From Candidatus Electrothrix aestuarii (GTDB taxonomy: Bacteria > Desulfobacterota > Desulfobulbia > Desulfobulbales > Desulfobulbaceae): DNA of 24,000 nt. A program made the position numbers and the translations under genes. The notes below the pieces were generated by a model, which worked only from the letters and a program-made list of their open reading frames with translations, searched no databases and was not told the DNA's origin. The stretch is taken from NCBI GenBank assembly GCA_032595685.2, contig CP159373.1, forward strand, positions 3,165,907 to 3,189,906. The letters are read 5' to 3'. Below, one piece after another: positions 16,330 to 24,000 of this stretch; within the stretch, counting starts at the first letter, position 1, and each line of letters begins with the position of its first letter.

Positions 16330-16513
16330 GGCATGCTTCATATACCCCGAAAAGTAGTTGACACTTTCCGCAAGAACTGTGCCAAGCTATCGGGACAGGA
16401 CAAGCCTAATAGTATCGCAACAGTTTAACTTTACAGGTGTTGTAATAGGTTTCTTGTCTTGGATGAGGCACGACTCATCCAGAAAGTGTCAACCGGCATA
16501 TATGAAGCATGCC
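16330..16513. repeat. Imperfect inverted repeat enclosing about 113 bp, between the cassette and livG
   Basis: The left arm ggcatgcttcatata (16330-16344) ... gttgacactttc (16357-16368) is the exact reverse complement of the right arm gaaagtgtcaac (16482-16493) ... tatatgaagcatgcc (16499-16513). A 6-7-nt indel lies between the two blocks. The interior carries another 7-bp hairpin, ggatgag-gcacga-ctcatcc (16461-16480). Confidence 0.8.
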
Positions 16514-16592
16514 CCAAGTTTATACATATCATACTTGTGTCCCTCGACTATTTGCTCTTATAGCTTTCGCTTTCTTAACAACAGAATTTTCT

Positions 16593-17021
16593 TTATCCTT
16601 GTTTATTATGATCTCTAGTACCAGCAATTCTCATAAAACGCCCTGTTTCACTAATCTCGTGGGCTGCAAATTCTATAAGAGTTCTCCTGCTCTCTTTACT
16701 ACGGGGTGATAAGTCAAGCTGTTTTAAAAGATCAAGTAATTCTGGAGATTCTACTTTACGATCTTCAAAATACGCAACAAGAGCCTCTTTATCCATTTCA
16801 TAAAGAGATTCAACAGGCTTATCAATACGTTTTGAAGCATCGGCAATAAGGATCTCAATTAATTCATTTTTTGTGGCCTTTTTTTTAAATTCAAGTTGTT
16901 GATCTATTAATATATTTTGAAGGCGCTGGATAGTGAATTCTTTGCTATGCTCAAGTCCCGCAATTGCCCCCTTAGTACCCAACCATTGAACTAACATTCT
17001 TGAATCGAATTTTTCTTCCAT
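16593..17021 (-). CDS. Small hypothetical protein with two helix-extension-helix (SAP/Rho-N-like) motifs; candidate DNA-binding partner of the ParA-like ATPase
   Basis: The ATG at 17021-17019 overlaps the ParA stop as TAATG. The track's GTG at 17030 is less likely. The protein is 142 aa: MEEKFDSRMLVQWLG... Two segments resemble HeH/SAP motifs by eye: TIQRLQNILIDQQLEFKKKATKNELIEILI and PELLDLLKQLDLSPRSKESRRTLIEFAA. The DNA is very AT-rich. Confidence 0.6.
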   Translation of the reverse strand: MEEKFDSRMLVQWLGTKGAIAGLEHSKEFTIQRLQNILIDQQLEFKKKATKNELIEILIADASKRIDKPVESLYEMDKEALVAYFEDRKVESPELLDLLKQLDLSPRSKESRRTLIEFAAHEISETGRFMRIAGTRDHNKQG

Positions 17022-17911
17022 TACGGACACCTCTTGAGAAACTCTTCTGTGAGATTCTTAAATTGGCCAGACTGCTTGTCAGCGTTAGGACCACTGATAT
17101 CATACACAGGACAACGATTTTCAGCAGCCTGCCTCAGTCCGTCTCCTTCTGTTATATAGGTGTCGAATACTTCTCCTGTACGCTGAAGACGAAGGAACTC
17201 TGTGCGCTCTGTTGATTTAAGTATTCCGCCCCATTCTCTAGCCATCATTCCTATTGCCCCTGCAAAAAATGTGGGCTGGTATTTTGGGATTTCATCTAAT
17301 GCCGACTGAATCATATTCATATCCTCATTAACCTCCTGAATACATTGCATCGCAGAGGGCACACCGATAGTGCTTTGAAGATCAAGCTTTACTGGAGATA
17401 CACAGTAATCACAAGCAAACACTACCGATCTTAGAAGGTCAGACAATTCAGGGTGAGAATCTATAAGAATATAATCAAATTTTGTATAAAACTGAGACAG
17501 CACATCGCGTAATACCGAAAGATGTTTATACAATCGTCGATTATTTTCTTTGATGTTATTCGAAGCTGGCATTTTTTCGACAGCAACTTGGGATAGACGA
17601 GGGTCAGCAGGAAGTAGATCAATATTATTTTCGAAAACTGGCAACAATTTGACAGTTGCATTAAAAATCGTGTCAGAATACAACTGTTGATACTTATCAA
17701 AAAGTGTCGATCCCCCTTCAATTCGTCCCGTCCGAAAACTTTCAAGCATAGACGGTACAAAGCGACATGTGATACCTCCGCGTTGATAGTCTGTATCGAC
17801 AACTAATATTTTTTTATAATGATATCGTTGCAGAGCAACGGCAAGATGGTAACATGCTGTTGTTTTGCCCACTCCTCCCTTTTCACTTATGAATCCAACG
17901 ACCTTAGCCAT
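17021..17911 (-). CDS. ParA/Soj/MinD-class (SIMIBI) P-loop ATPase
   Basis: 296 aa. It has the deviant Walker A VGFISEKGGVGKTTACYHLAV, Walker A' ILVVDTDYQ and Walker B YILIDSHPE. The C-terminal region ITEGDGLRQAAENRCPVYD is like that of ParA proteins. An RBS, aggaga, lies upstream. Confidence 0.88.
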   Translation of the reverse strand: MAKVVGFISEKGGVGKTTACYHLAVALQRYHYKKILVVDTDYQRGGITCRFVPSMLESFRTGRIEGGSTLFDKYQQLYSDTIFNATVKLLPVFENNIDLLPADPRLSQVAVEKMPASNNIKENNRRLYKHLSVLRDVLSQFYTKFDYILIDSHPELSDLLRSVVFACDYCVSPVKLDLQSTIGVPSAMQCIQEVNEDMNMIQSALDEIPKYQPTFFAGAIGMMAREWGGILKSTERTEFLRLQRTGEVFDTYITEGDGLRQAAENRCPVYDISGPNADKQSGQFKNLTEEFLKRCP

Positions 17912-17958
17912 AAATAATCTCCTTCGTGCTCCATCTGATCAAATATATTTTCGTTTAC

Positions 17959-18588
17959 TTATTTTAGATTCCACTCTCTGATAATTTCTTTACTGTTCTG
18001 AAGCACTCCAAAAATATGTAGGAGTTCTTCATCAGCGGCATTAAGTCCTGTATGGACGGCATAACTCTGTTCATGGAGCACGACAAAATGCCAGTAACGC
18101 CCCATGACATAGGCTCCGTATACAGGATGGTTGTCAGCATTCAGATGCTGGGCCGTGACCATTTCGATCATCAACTGTCCAAGCGGATCATTTGAGGAAT
18201 CATGTTCTTTCTTGTATTCATGGATAAAAAAATAGGGCCTTTTCGGAGAGCGTCTTCCGGCGGCCACCATGAAATCGACAATGCCGGAGACGGTATTGTC
18301 TTCAACGGTCATTGTCAGTTCGCGGGAAAGAAAGGGTTTGCAGTCCGTTTCTTCAAAGCGAATCAGCTCAAGAAGCGGAATGATGAAATAGACCTTGAGT
18401 TCCTCTTCATTCCAATCCCATACATTATCCAACAATTTTTCCTGAAGCCTTTGCAACTGCTGCTTCTCCGCGTTGGAGGGGGCTGAAACCGGGGTCATCC
18501 ATTGTTCAAGCTGTTGGTACTGTTTCTGCTGGACGATATGAAACGTTTCTTCCACCTCTTCAATTGTCCATTTTGAAAAGGACTTCAT
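17959..18588 (-). CDS. Stand-alone PD-(D/E)XK nuclease-fold protein resembling the type I restriction HsdR N-terminal (HSDR_N-like) domain
   Basis: 209 aa. The NEEELKVYFIIPLLELIRF helix is followed by GIVDFMVA...PYFFIHEYKKE, a D...ExK catalytic-type motif, then DPLGQLMIEMVTAQ. An RBS, aggaga, lies upstream, and the gene starts only 48 nt after the livM stop. The coding call is firm. The fold assignment is by eye only. Confidence 0.6.
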   Translation of the reverse strand: MKSFSKWTIEEVEETFHIVQQKQYQQLEQWMTPVSAPSNAEKQQLQRLQEKLLDNVWDWNEEELKVYFIIPLLELIRFEETDCKPFLSRELTMTVEDNTVSGIVDFMVAAGRRSPKRPYFFIHEYKKEHDSSNDPLGQLMIEMVTAQHLNADNHPVYGAYVMGRYWHFVVLHEQSYAVHTGLNAADEELLHIFGVLQNSKEIIREWNLK

Positions 18589-18636
18589 GAGTATTTCTCC
18601 TGTTCCGTTTCTACTTTTTCCTGGAATTCTTTCAAA

Positions 18637-19947
18637 CTATGCGTTCTCTCTTTTGTACGTCCGCCGCACAGTGGAGATCAGCCCCTTGGGTCGGAAGACC
18701 ATCATGACGACGAGGGTTGCACCGAAGACCAGCATCCGGTAATCGGCAAAGGCCCGCAGGTATTCCGGCAGCAGCATCAGGACCAAGGCTGCGATAATCA
18801 CCCCGATGATGGAGCCCATCCCGCCCAGCACGACGATGCAGAGGATAATAGCGGATTCAAGAAAGGTAAAGGAAGAAGGGTTCACAAAGGTGGTTTTTGC
18901 GGCAAAGATTACCCCAACCATGCCAGCCCAGAAAGCACCCAGGGCAAAGGCGGTGAGTTTGGTCTTGGTCTTATCGATACCCATAGCCTGACAGGCGATC
19001 TCATCCTCGCGCAGGGCAAACCATGCCCGCCCGATTCGTGAGTTTTGCAGGCGGTTAACCATGAATACCGTGAAAATCACCATCCCTATCATCAGGTAAT
19101 AGAGATAATTGATAGACTGATCCAGGGACATTTCCATGCCGAAAAATCCAGGCCGGGGTACACCGGCGATGCCGCTGGGGCCGTGGGAAAAATCGGTCCA
19201 GTTTTCCAGCACCAAGCGGATGATTTCCCCGAACCCTAAGGTGACAATAGCCAGGTAATCACCTCGTAGGCGCAGGACCGGAAAGCCGAGCAGGATACCG
19301 AAACAGGCAGCCATTAATCCTCCGATAGGGAGGGCTGTCCAGAAGCCGATTCCAAAATGAAGATTGAGCAGGGCATAGGAGTAAGCGCCAACCGCATAAA
19401 AGGCCACGTAGCCAAGATCCAGCAGGCCCGCCACCCCAACAACGATGTTCAGCCCTAATCCCAAGACCACATACATCAGGGCTGTGATCATAATGTTGAT
19501 CTGGTAGGTCGAAAGAAGAAACGGAAAGGCTGAGAGCACTGCCAGAAGTACTCCCAGGATTGGAAGAAATACTTTGGGATTATTGAATAAGATATGCTGC
19601 CAGTTTGTTACTTTGTGTCCTGAAGAGGGGCGTGCTTTTTTCTTTTCTCCTTGTGCGATTTTTATCGTCAAAAACGCTTGCCTGGTGAGGTAGAGAACGA
19701 AACTTCCTAAGGCCACGTAGAGCATATTTTTCCAGCGCCAAGCGACAGTTTCCTCGTAGGGATTGACCTTGATCACCAGAATGGGAAAGGTAAGGAAACT
19801 GAACCAGAGGGCGACGAAGAAGGCTCTTTTGAGATGATTGATTGCGGGTATCTTGTTCATATTCATTATGCTCATGAAAAAACGTGCAGGATATATTGCT
19901 GTCTCTCCAGATCTTTCCAAAATCTGGGGCTCCTGCCCCTGCATCAT
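18637..19947 (-). CDS. livM: Branched-chain amino acid ABC transporter permease, LivM family
   Basis: The core YVVLGLGLNIVVGVAGLLDLGYVAFYAVGAYSYALL...GDYLAIVTLGFGEII is typical of LivM, and like E. coli LivM it has an N-terminal membrane extension. The start is uncertain. The ORF opens at 19947, but the internal Met codons at 19875, 19866 and 19860 (MSIMNMNK) are equally plausible, and a weak hairpin at 19924-19941 would favour them. Confidence 0.85.
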   Translation of the reverse strand: MMQGQEPQILERSGETAIYPARFFMSIMNMNKIPAINHLKRAFFVALWFSFLTFPILVIKVNPYEETVAWRWKNMLYVALGSFVLYLTRQAFLTIKIAQGEKKKARPSSGHKVTNWQHILFNNPKVFLPILGVLLAVLSAFPFLLSTYQINIMITALMYVVLGLGLNIVVGVAGLLDLGYVAFYAVGAYSYALLNLHFGIGFWTALPIGGLMAACFGILLGFPVLRLRGDYLAIVTLGFGEIIRLVLENWTDFSHGPSGIAGVPRPGFFGMEMSLDQSINYLYYLMIGMVIFTVFMVNRLQNSRIGRAWFALREDEIACQAMGIDKTKTKLTAFALGAFWAGMVGVIFAAKTTFVNPSSFTFLESAIILCIVVLGGMGSIIGVIIAALVLMLLPEYLRAFADYRMLVFGATLVVMMVFRPKGLISTVRRTYKRENA

Positions 19948-20015
19948 AGCTGAATCGCCCGGTCAACGCAATCTATCAGTCGGTTTTTCTCCTCCGGCAA
20001 GCCCAGTCAAGTCCG

Positions 20016-20402
20016 TTAAAGCAAGCCCGCAAGCAGCCGTCCCACCCAGACCAGGAAGACACCAAAAATAATTTGCCCTCCTGCATTAAGGAGAGCTAAT
20101 TCCATGCGGCTTTCCCGAATGAGATTCAGGGTTTCATTCCCAAAGGTAGAAAAGGTGGTAAAGGCTCCGAGGAGGCCGATAAGAAGAAAACTTCGCGTTT
20201 CGGGCGAGAACATCGACTTCATTTCCACTAAGGCGGTTAAAAAACCTATCAGCAAGCAGCCGAGCATGTTGACGCTCAAGGTGCCAAAGGGAAAAATAAT
20301 GGAGCCGGATCGGCCCTGAACCCAGGAGCTGACCAAAAAACGCAGAACAGCCCCTGTGAAACCACCAGCCCCGATAAGAGAAAGCTTAAGTAGAGATTCC
20401 AT
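20016..20402 (-). CDS. crcB: Fluoride channel CrcB/FluC
   Basis: 128 aa from the ATG at 20402; the track start at 20411 is a TTG. Motifs LIGAGGFTGAVLRF and GAFTTFSTFGNE, plus four hydrophobic helices, are characteristic of the family. Confidence 0.9.
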   Translation of the reverse strand: MESLLKLSLIGAGGFTGAVLRFLVSSWVQGRSGSIIFPFGTLSVNMLGCLLIGFLTALVEMKSMFSPETRSFLLIGLLGAFTTFSTFGNETLNLIRESRMELALLNAGGQIIFGVFLVWVGRLLAGLL

Positions 20403-20428
20403 AGCGTTCAACCTTTAAAGAACCTCTC

Positions 20429-23400
20429 TTATTGCCCCAGCAAGCCGTTCAGGAGATTAGGAACCACCTTATCAACCTGTTCTCTCAGGATGCTTCTGGT
20501 TGCCTGGCCTGCTGCCTGCTTGAGTAACTCCGATGAAGCATCCATCATAGCTTCCCGACTATAGGCTGGTTTTTCTTTCGTCCCCCTTATAGGAACTTTC
20601 AGCGTGGTTCCCTTAAGCAATTCGTATCCCTTTTTACCCAAGAGCCTTTGGGTTACCGGGACCTCAACAATATAGTTCAGGCTTCCGTCTATTCCTGCTG
20701 AACCGCTGATGACCATTTCGGAATCAGCGATTGTTACCTTAATCGGTGTACAGCTGACCTGTCCCTGCACGCTCTCGCAGGTCAGCTCCTTATTTTTCAG
20801 CGTGAGGCTTCTGTCCACATAGCCAGCCATATCCAGGATGCTATTCAGCGCGCCTTTGGCTTCTAAGGCCACGGCTTTCAGATCGAGGTAGACCTTGAAA
20901 TCAATCTTTTCCATCCCTTTTTCATCCAGGGGCAGGGAAAAGCGATCCAGCCGAACAGTGATAATACCCTCAGCGTTTGCCAGGGCGCCAAAAATAGGGT
21001 GGATACCTTTGAGGACTTTCTCGGTTAAGGCCTCTTCAAGCTGCACGTCAGTCAGTACCTGTTCGCCCTCAGCCATTGTCAGAAGCGGTGGCTGCTGGGT
21101 ATAATCAATGCGGGGCGAAAACTGCAACCAGCCGCCATTCAAAGTTCCTTTGATAACACCTGCCATCACCCCTTCCTTCATATCGGTGTCCAGAGTGAGT
21201 TTGCTAATATCTATGCCCGATTGGGAAAAGGAGTCGGCATAGATTTTTGTGGCAAAACGGAGGTCAATCTTGGCATTTTTCTTTTCTTCGGCAGTAAGGG
21301 GATAATAGAGAGAAAATTTTTCTTTCTTTTTTCCGGTAGCTTCAATGCCCAAGGGGTACATACCGTTCAGGATAGCAACTAAGGAGGCTAAATCCGGGGT
21401 AGCATATCCGTTTAAGGTAAAATGCGGTTTCTTACCGCTGAGCTGAAATTCACCGTCTGCCTGGAGACTCAATGGTGCGGATTCAATATCAAAGGTGGTA
21501 AACTGAACATCACCGGCAGTCAGATCTCCATGCAGGCGACTCCTGAAAATAAGTTTTTGCCGTTCTATCAGGAGGTCATCTTTGGCCTTTTGTCCCCGTA
21601 CCTTTTCTCCGGCTTTCCTGTAGGTAAAATCATCAATATCCAACTTCACCGTTCCGGCATTCCCCTTATTGCTTGTTCCGGCGATCTTGACATCTTCTTT
21701 TCTCTCTGCCAGATCAAGAGAGAATATCGCATCTCCACCAAACTTTTGCTCGGACCCCATCGCTCCCAGCTGCTGCAATAAGGTGGTCAGTTTTTCAAGA
21801 TTTGATCTGCCGCTGACCTGCAGGGTCTTGATTGCCGGGGCAGGTTTTTTTTGCCAATCATCAAGGAAGATTTTTTCTATTTTGATGTCTGAGAAGCCTG
21901 AGTTTAGCGATAAATTGCGCAAAACCAAACGATGATTCTTGGTGTCAATGAGGTTGTATCCCCCTCCCTGGGCAAAGAAAGCATCCTTGCTGGCTGCTTT
22001 CTCCAGAGGACGTACGGCCTCTTCTACATTGGGGGTGGGTTCCGGCTTGGTTGTAAAAAGTGAGAGATCAGGATCCTGAAGGACTTTTCCCTGGCGGTAG
22101 AGAATAAACTGCTTCACCCGGCTATCCAGGGTACTCACAACCAAGCGGTCTTTTTCTGTATAGCCGGTGGCCTGTAGCTTCATGTCACCGGCAATACTGG
22201 TTTCCTGTTCTAAGAGATCAAAACGATGGAGCAGTTCTGTTACCCGGGCCAGAGGTCCATCTGTGTTCAGCTGATAATTGGCCATGATCTGTCCCTGATC
22301 CCGATACAGTCCAGTGAAAGATCCAGAGAATTTGCCCGCCCAAGAGGACAGGTCAAAGGTGAAATCCGCAGCCTCTGCCTTTGCCGTAGGAAAATGCCCT
22401 GGTGTGACCAAGGTACCGTTAAAAATGAACGGATGCACCGGCAGCACCTCTCTCTTTTGCAGAGAGAGACGGTAATCGTTAATGGCAATCATGGTACGTA
22501 TCGTATAACGATCTTCGTTATCCTTTGTCGTTTCCAGATTCAGGTTCAAGTTGCCGCCTGCGTCCCAATCAAAGCGAATAATCCGACCAAGTTCTTTTAC
22601 TGCCTTATCAAGGTTTGCTGATCCCTTGAGGGTGAAATGTTGCAGATTTCCCTGCCCCTCTATATCGAGAAAGTCAGCCTTAAGGGCTATTTTCTCGACC
22701 TCTGGTTCATTACCTGTCATGCTCCCGTTCAAGCGCAGGCTGAAGGGGCTCTTCCAGACAAAGGACTGCTTATTTTGCCGACCTGCCAAGTCCTCAACGA
22801 TGGCATCCGCCTTTACCTGCATGACTTTGTCCTGTTCTTCCAGGTCAAAAGTCAATGAGGCCTTGCCATTCTCCAGCCTGAGATTCTCCTGGGCCTTGAG
22901 AAGGCCGGGCAACTGCGCGAGTAACACCGGTAGATCAAATTTCGCTGTACCGTTTGCCTTTAAGCCCTGTTTGCCATAGCTGGACTGAAGATCCACAGAA
23001 CCAAGATCAGAGAGCATTTTTAGCTCCGGCAATTGCCATTCTTTTTTCTCATCACGTTGCAGATGGAGCTCAAAGGCCAGCTGCTCCAGCTGCGGATGAT
23101 CATCTTGCAAAAAACCTCCTGTCAGGTCAAGTTCATGCAGGGTGATCGGGCCACTAAGGACCAAATTGCCTCCCTCGGTATTTTTCACGGTCAAATTAGC
23201 TGCGAGGATAGCCTTGCCCTGGGGAACATTGCTCCCGGCTGGCGCCAAAGCGAGAAAGGGGGAAAGCTGGACATCTGATAAGGTGATCTTCATATCAGCA
23301 GTCATGAGATCCAACAGATTTCCTTTAAGCGAGGGGAGGTGGGCCGTCCCTTGTACATTTACCTGACCAGCAGTTTGACCAGTAGCCTGCTCAGCAGCAC

Positions 23401-24000
23401 TTGCCAGAGCAAGATTCAGGTCCAGGGTGTCAGAGGCCAGGGTGAGTTCCAGATTCCCTTGCTGTAATAAGGGCTGGGGCTGCTGCTCTCCTTGCTGTAC
23501 TTTGATAATGGCTTGGTTAAGGAGGAGCTTTGCGTTCATTTGATGCCAGAACCAAGTTTCGGGCTCTTTGCTTCCGTCCTCGTTTTTCACTTGGTCAGCA
23601 TTGCCGCCGTCCTTTACTGAGGAGCCTTTCGTATCAGTTTGCGGAGCAACAGGATCGACTTCAGCGCCAGGTGTGGGCTGGGTGGTGATAAGCACCACCG
23701 GATCATCCACCGTAATGGTTCCGAGGTTTTTCGGAGCCATCAGTAAGGAAAAGAGCCCCTGGGTTCCAGTCAACCGGGCAGCGTCGATCTTGTAGGACTG
23801 GTCATGATAAGAGATCTCTGAGCATTGTAGTCCCTTACTCCAGCCTATCTCGCAATCACCAAGCGCGAGTTTTCCTGGAGAGCTGTTGTTTACCTTGTCA
23901 ACAACGCTGTCCTTCACCCAGTCCGAGGAAAGAATGAGGGGAATCACGGCCATGGTGATGCCGAAAAGTACAAGTGTAAAGAGCAGCGTTGCTCCCACAA
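20429..24000 (-). CDS. Large AsmA-family-like envelope protein; the N-terminus probably lies just beyond the right edge
   Basis: At least 1189 aa. An N-terminal anchor helix LLFTLVLFGITMAVIPLIL is followed by a long, beta-rich, low-cysteine body. The C-terminal segment LKVPIRGTKEKPAY resembles the AsmA_2 end motif. The first in-window codon is a GTG at 23998, and the frame is still open at the edge. Confidence 0.55.
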   Translation of the reverse strand, partial: VGATLLFTLVLFGITMAVIPLILSSDWVKDSVVDKVNNSSPGKLALGDCEIGWSKGLQCSEISYHDQSYKIDAARLTGTQGLFSLLMAPKNLGTITVDDPVVLITTQPTPGAEVDPVAPQTDTKGSSVKDGGNADQVKNEDGSKEPETWFWHQMNAKLLLNQAIIKVQQGEQQPQPLLQQGNLELTLASDTLDLNLALASAAEQATGQTAGQVNVQGTAHLPSLKGNLLDLMTADMKITLSDVQLSPFLALAPAGSNVPQGKAILAANLTVKNTEGGNLVLSGPITLHELDLTGGFLQDDHPQLEQLAFELHLQRDEKKEWQLPELKMLSDLGSVDLQSSYGKQGLKANGTAKFDLPVLLAQLPGLLKAQENLRLENGKASLTFDLEEQDKVMQVKADAIVEDLAGRQNKQSFVWKSPFSLRLNGSMTGNEPEVEKIALKADFLDIEGQGNLQHFTLKGSANLDKAVKELGRIIRFDWDAGGNLNLNLETTKDNEDRYTIRTMIAINDYRLSLQKREVLPVHPFIFNGTLVTPGHFPTAKAEAADFTFDLSSWAGKFSGSFTGLYRDQGQIMANYQLNTDGPLARVTELLHRFDLLEQETSIAGDMKLQATGYTEKDRLVVSTLDSRVKQFILYRQGKVLQDPDLSLFTTKPEPTPNVEEAVRPLEKAASKDAFFAQGGGYNLIDTKNHRLVLRNLSLNSGFSDIKIEKIFLDDWQKKPAPAIKTLQVSGRSNLEKLTTLLQQLGAMGSEQKFGGDAIFSLDLAERKEDVKIAGTSNKGNAGTVKLDIDDFTYRKAGEKVRGQKAKDDLLIERQKLIFRSRLHGDLTAGDVQFTTFDIESAPLSLQADGEFQLSGKKPHFTLNGYATPDLASLVAILNGMYPLGIEATGKKKEKFSLYYPLTAEEKKNAKIDLRFATKIYADSFSQSGIDISKLTLDTDMKEGVMAGVIKGTLNGGWLQFSPRIDYTQQPPLLTMAEGEQVLTDVQLEEALTEKVLKGIHPIFGALANAEGIITVRLDRFSLPLDEKGMEKIDFKVYLDLKAVALEAKGALNSILDMAGYVDRSLTLKNKELTCESVQGQVSCTPIKVTIADSEMVISGSAGIDGSLNYIVEVPVTQRLLGKKGYELLKGTTLKVPIRGTKEKPAYSREAMMDASSELLKQAAGQATRSILREQVDKVVPNLLNGLLGQ

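Noticed and set aside
16248-16334. 29-codon upstream extension of the livG ORF
   Set aside because: LivG-family proteins begin a few residues before the ...L.V..L...FGG strand. The extension (MPNLAAISCKSSRPDNG...) has no counterpart and overlaps the inverted-repeat element.
16329-16344. TGGCATGCTTCATAT as a sigma-54 (-24/-12) promoter
   Set aside because: The -12 position reads AT instead of GC, and the element points antisense into the 3' end of the cassette. It is better explained as one arm of the inverted repeat.
19924-19941. Hairpin caGGGGCaggaGCCCCag followed by ATTTT as a crcB terminator
   Set aside because: It has only 5-6 bp with a mismatch and a 4-T tail, and it lies inside the longest livM ORF. 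It is too weak to call, so I note it only as an argument about the livM start.
1-24000. tRNA, rRNA, CRISPR arrays, integrases, IS terminal repeats
   Set aside because: Reading both strands, I saw no T-loop/acceptor-like tRNA signatures, no regularly spaced direct repeats, and no integrase- or transposase-like ORFs other than the partial Rpn-family gene.

Overview
This looks like a chromosomal window from an anaerobic, probably Desulfobacterota-like bacterium. That guess rests on gene content only; I could not search anything. I call 20 protein genes and see no tRNA, rRNA or CRISPR array. All genes from 11.7 kb to the right edge are on the minus strand.

Left to right:
- a partial Rpn/PD-(D/E)XK 'putative transposase' gene
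- single-chain pyruvate:ferredoxin oxidoreductase
- a HAD phosphatase
- a Ni/Co ECF-type uptake module in the order M, L-like, K-like (DUF4198), Q, with no ATPase gene
- a 61-aa 2x[4Fe-4S] ferredoxin
- an unusual exported protein with 30 cysteines, fused to a predicted 8-strand outer-membrane barrel
- a hypothetical membrane protein
- an orphan sigma-54 response regulator
- a HAD-IB hydrolase
- miaB
- livG and livM, separated by a three-gene cassette
- crcB
- a large AsmA-like protein that runs off the right edge

Two loci deserve a second look:
1. The Cys6-repeat/beta-barrel protein at 9627-10688. It sits next to the ferredoxin gene and 921 bp from the nickel/cobalt importer genes.
2. The AT-rich cassette at 16593-18588, wedged between livM and livG. 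It encodes a PD-(D/E)XK nuclease-like protein, a ParA-type ATPase and a small protein with two apparent helix-extension-helix motifs. A ~185-bp imperfect inverted repeat lies just downstream of it. I cannot place this cassette in any named partition, toxin-antitoxin or defence system.

All functional calls come from motif recognition in the supplied translations or my own hand translations.
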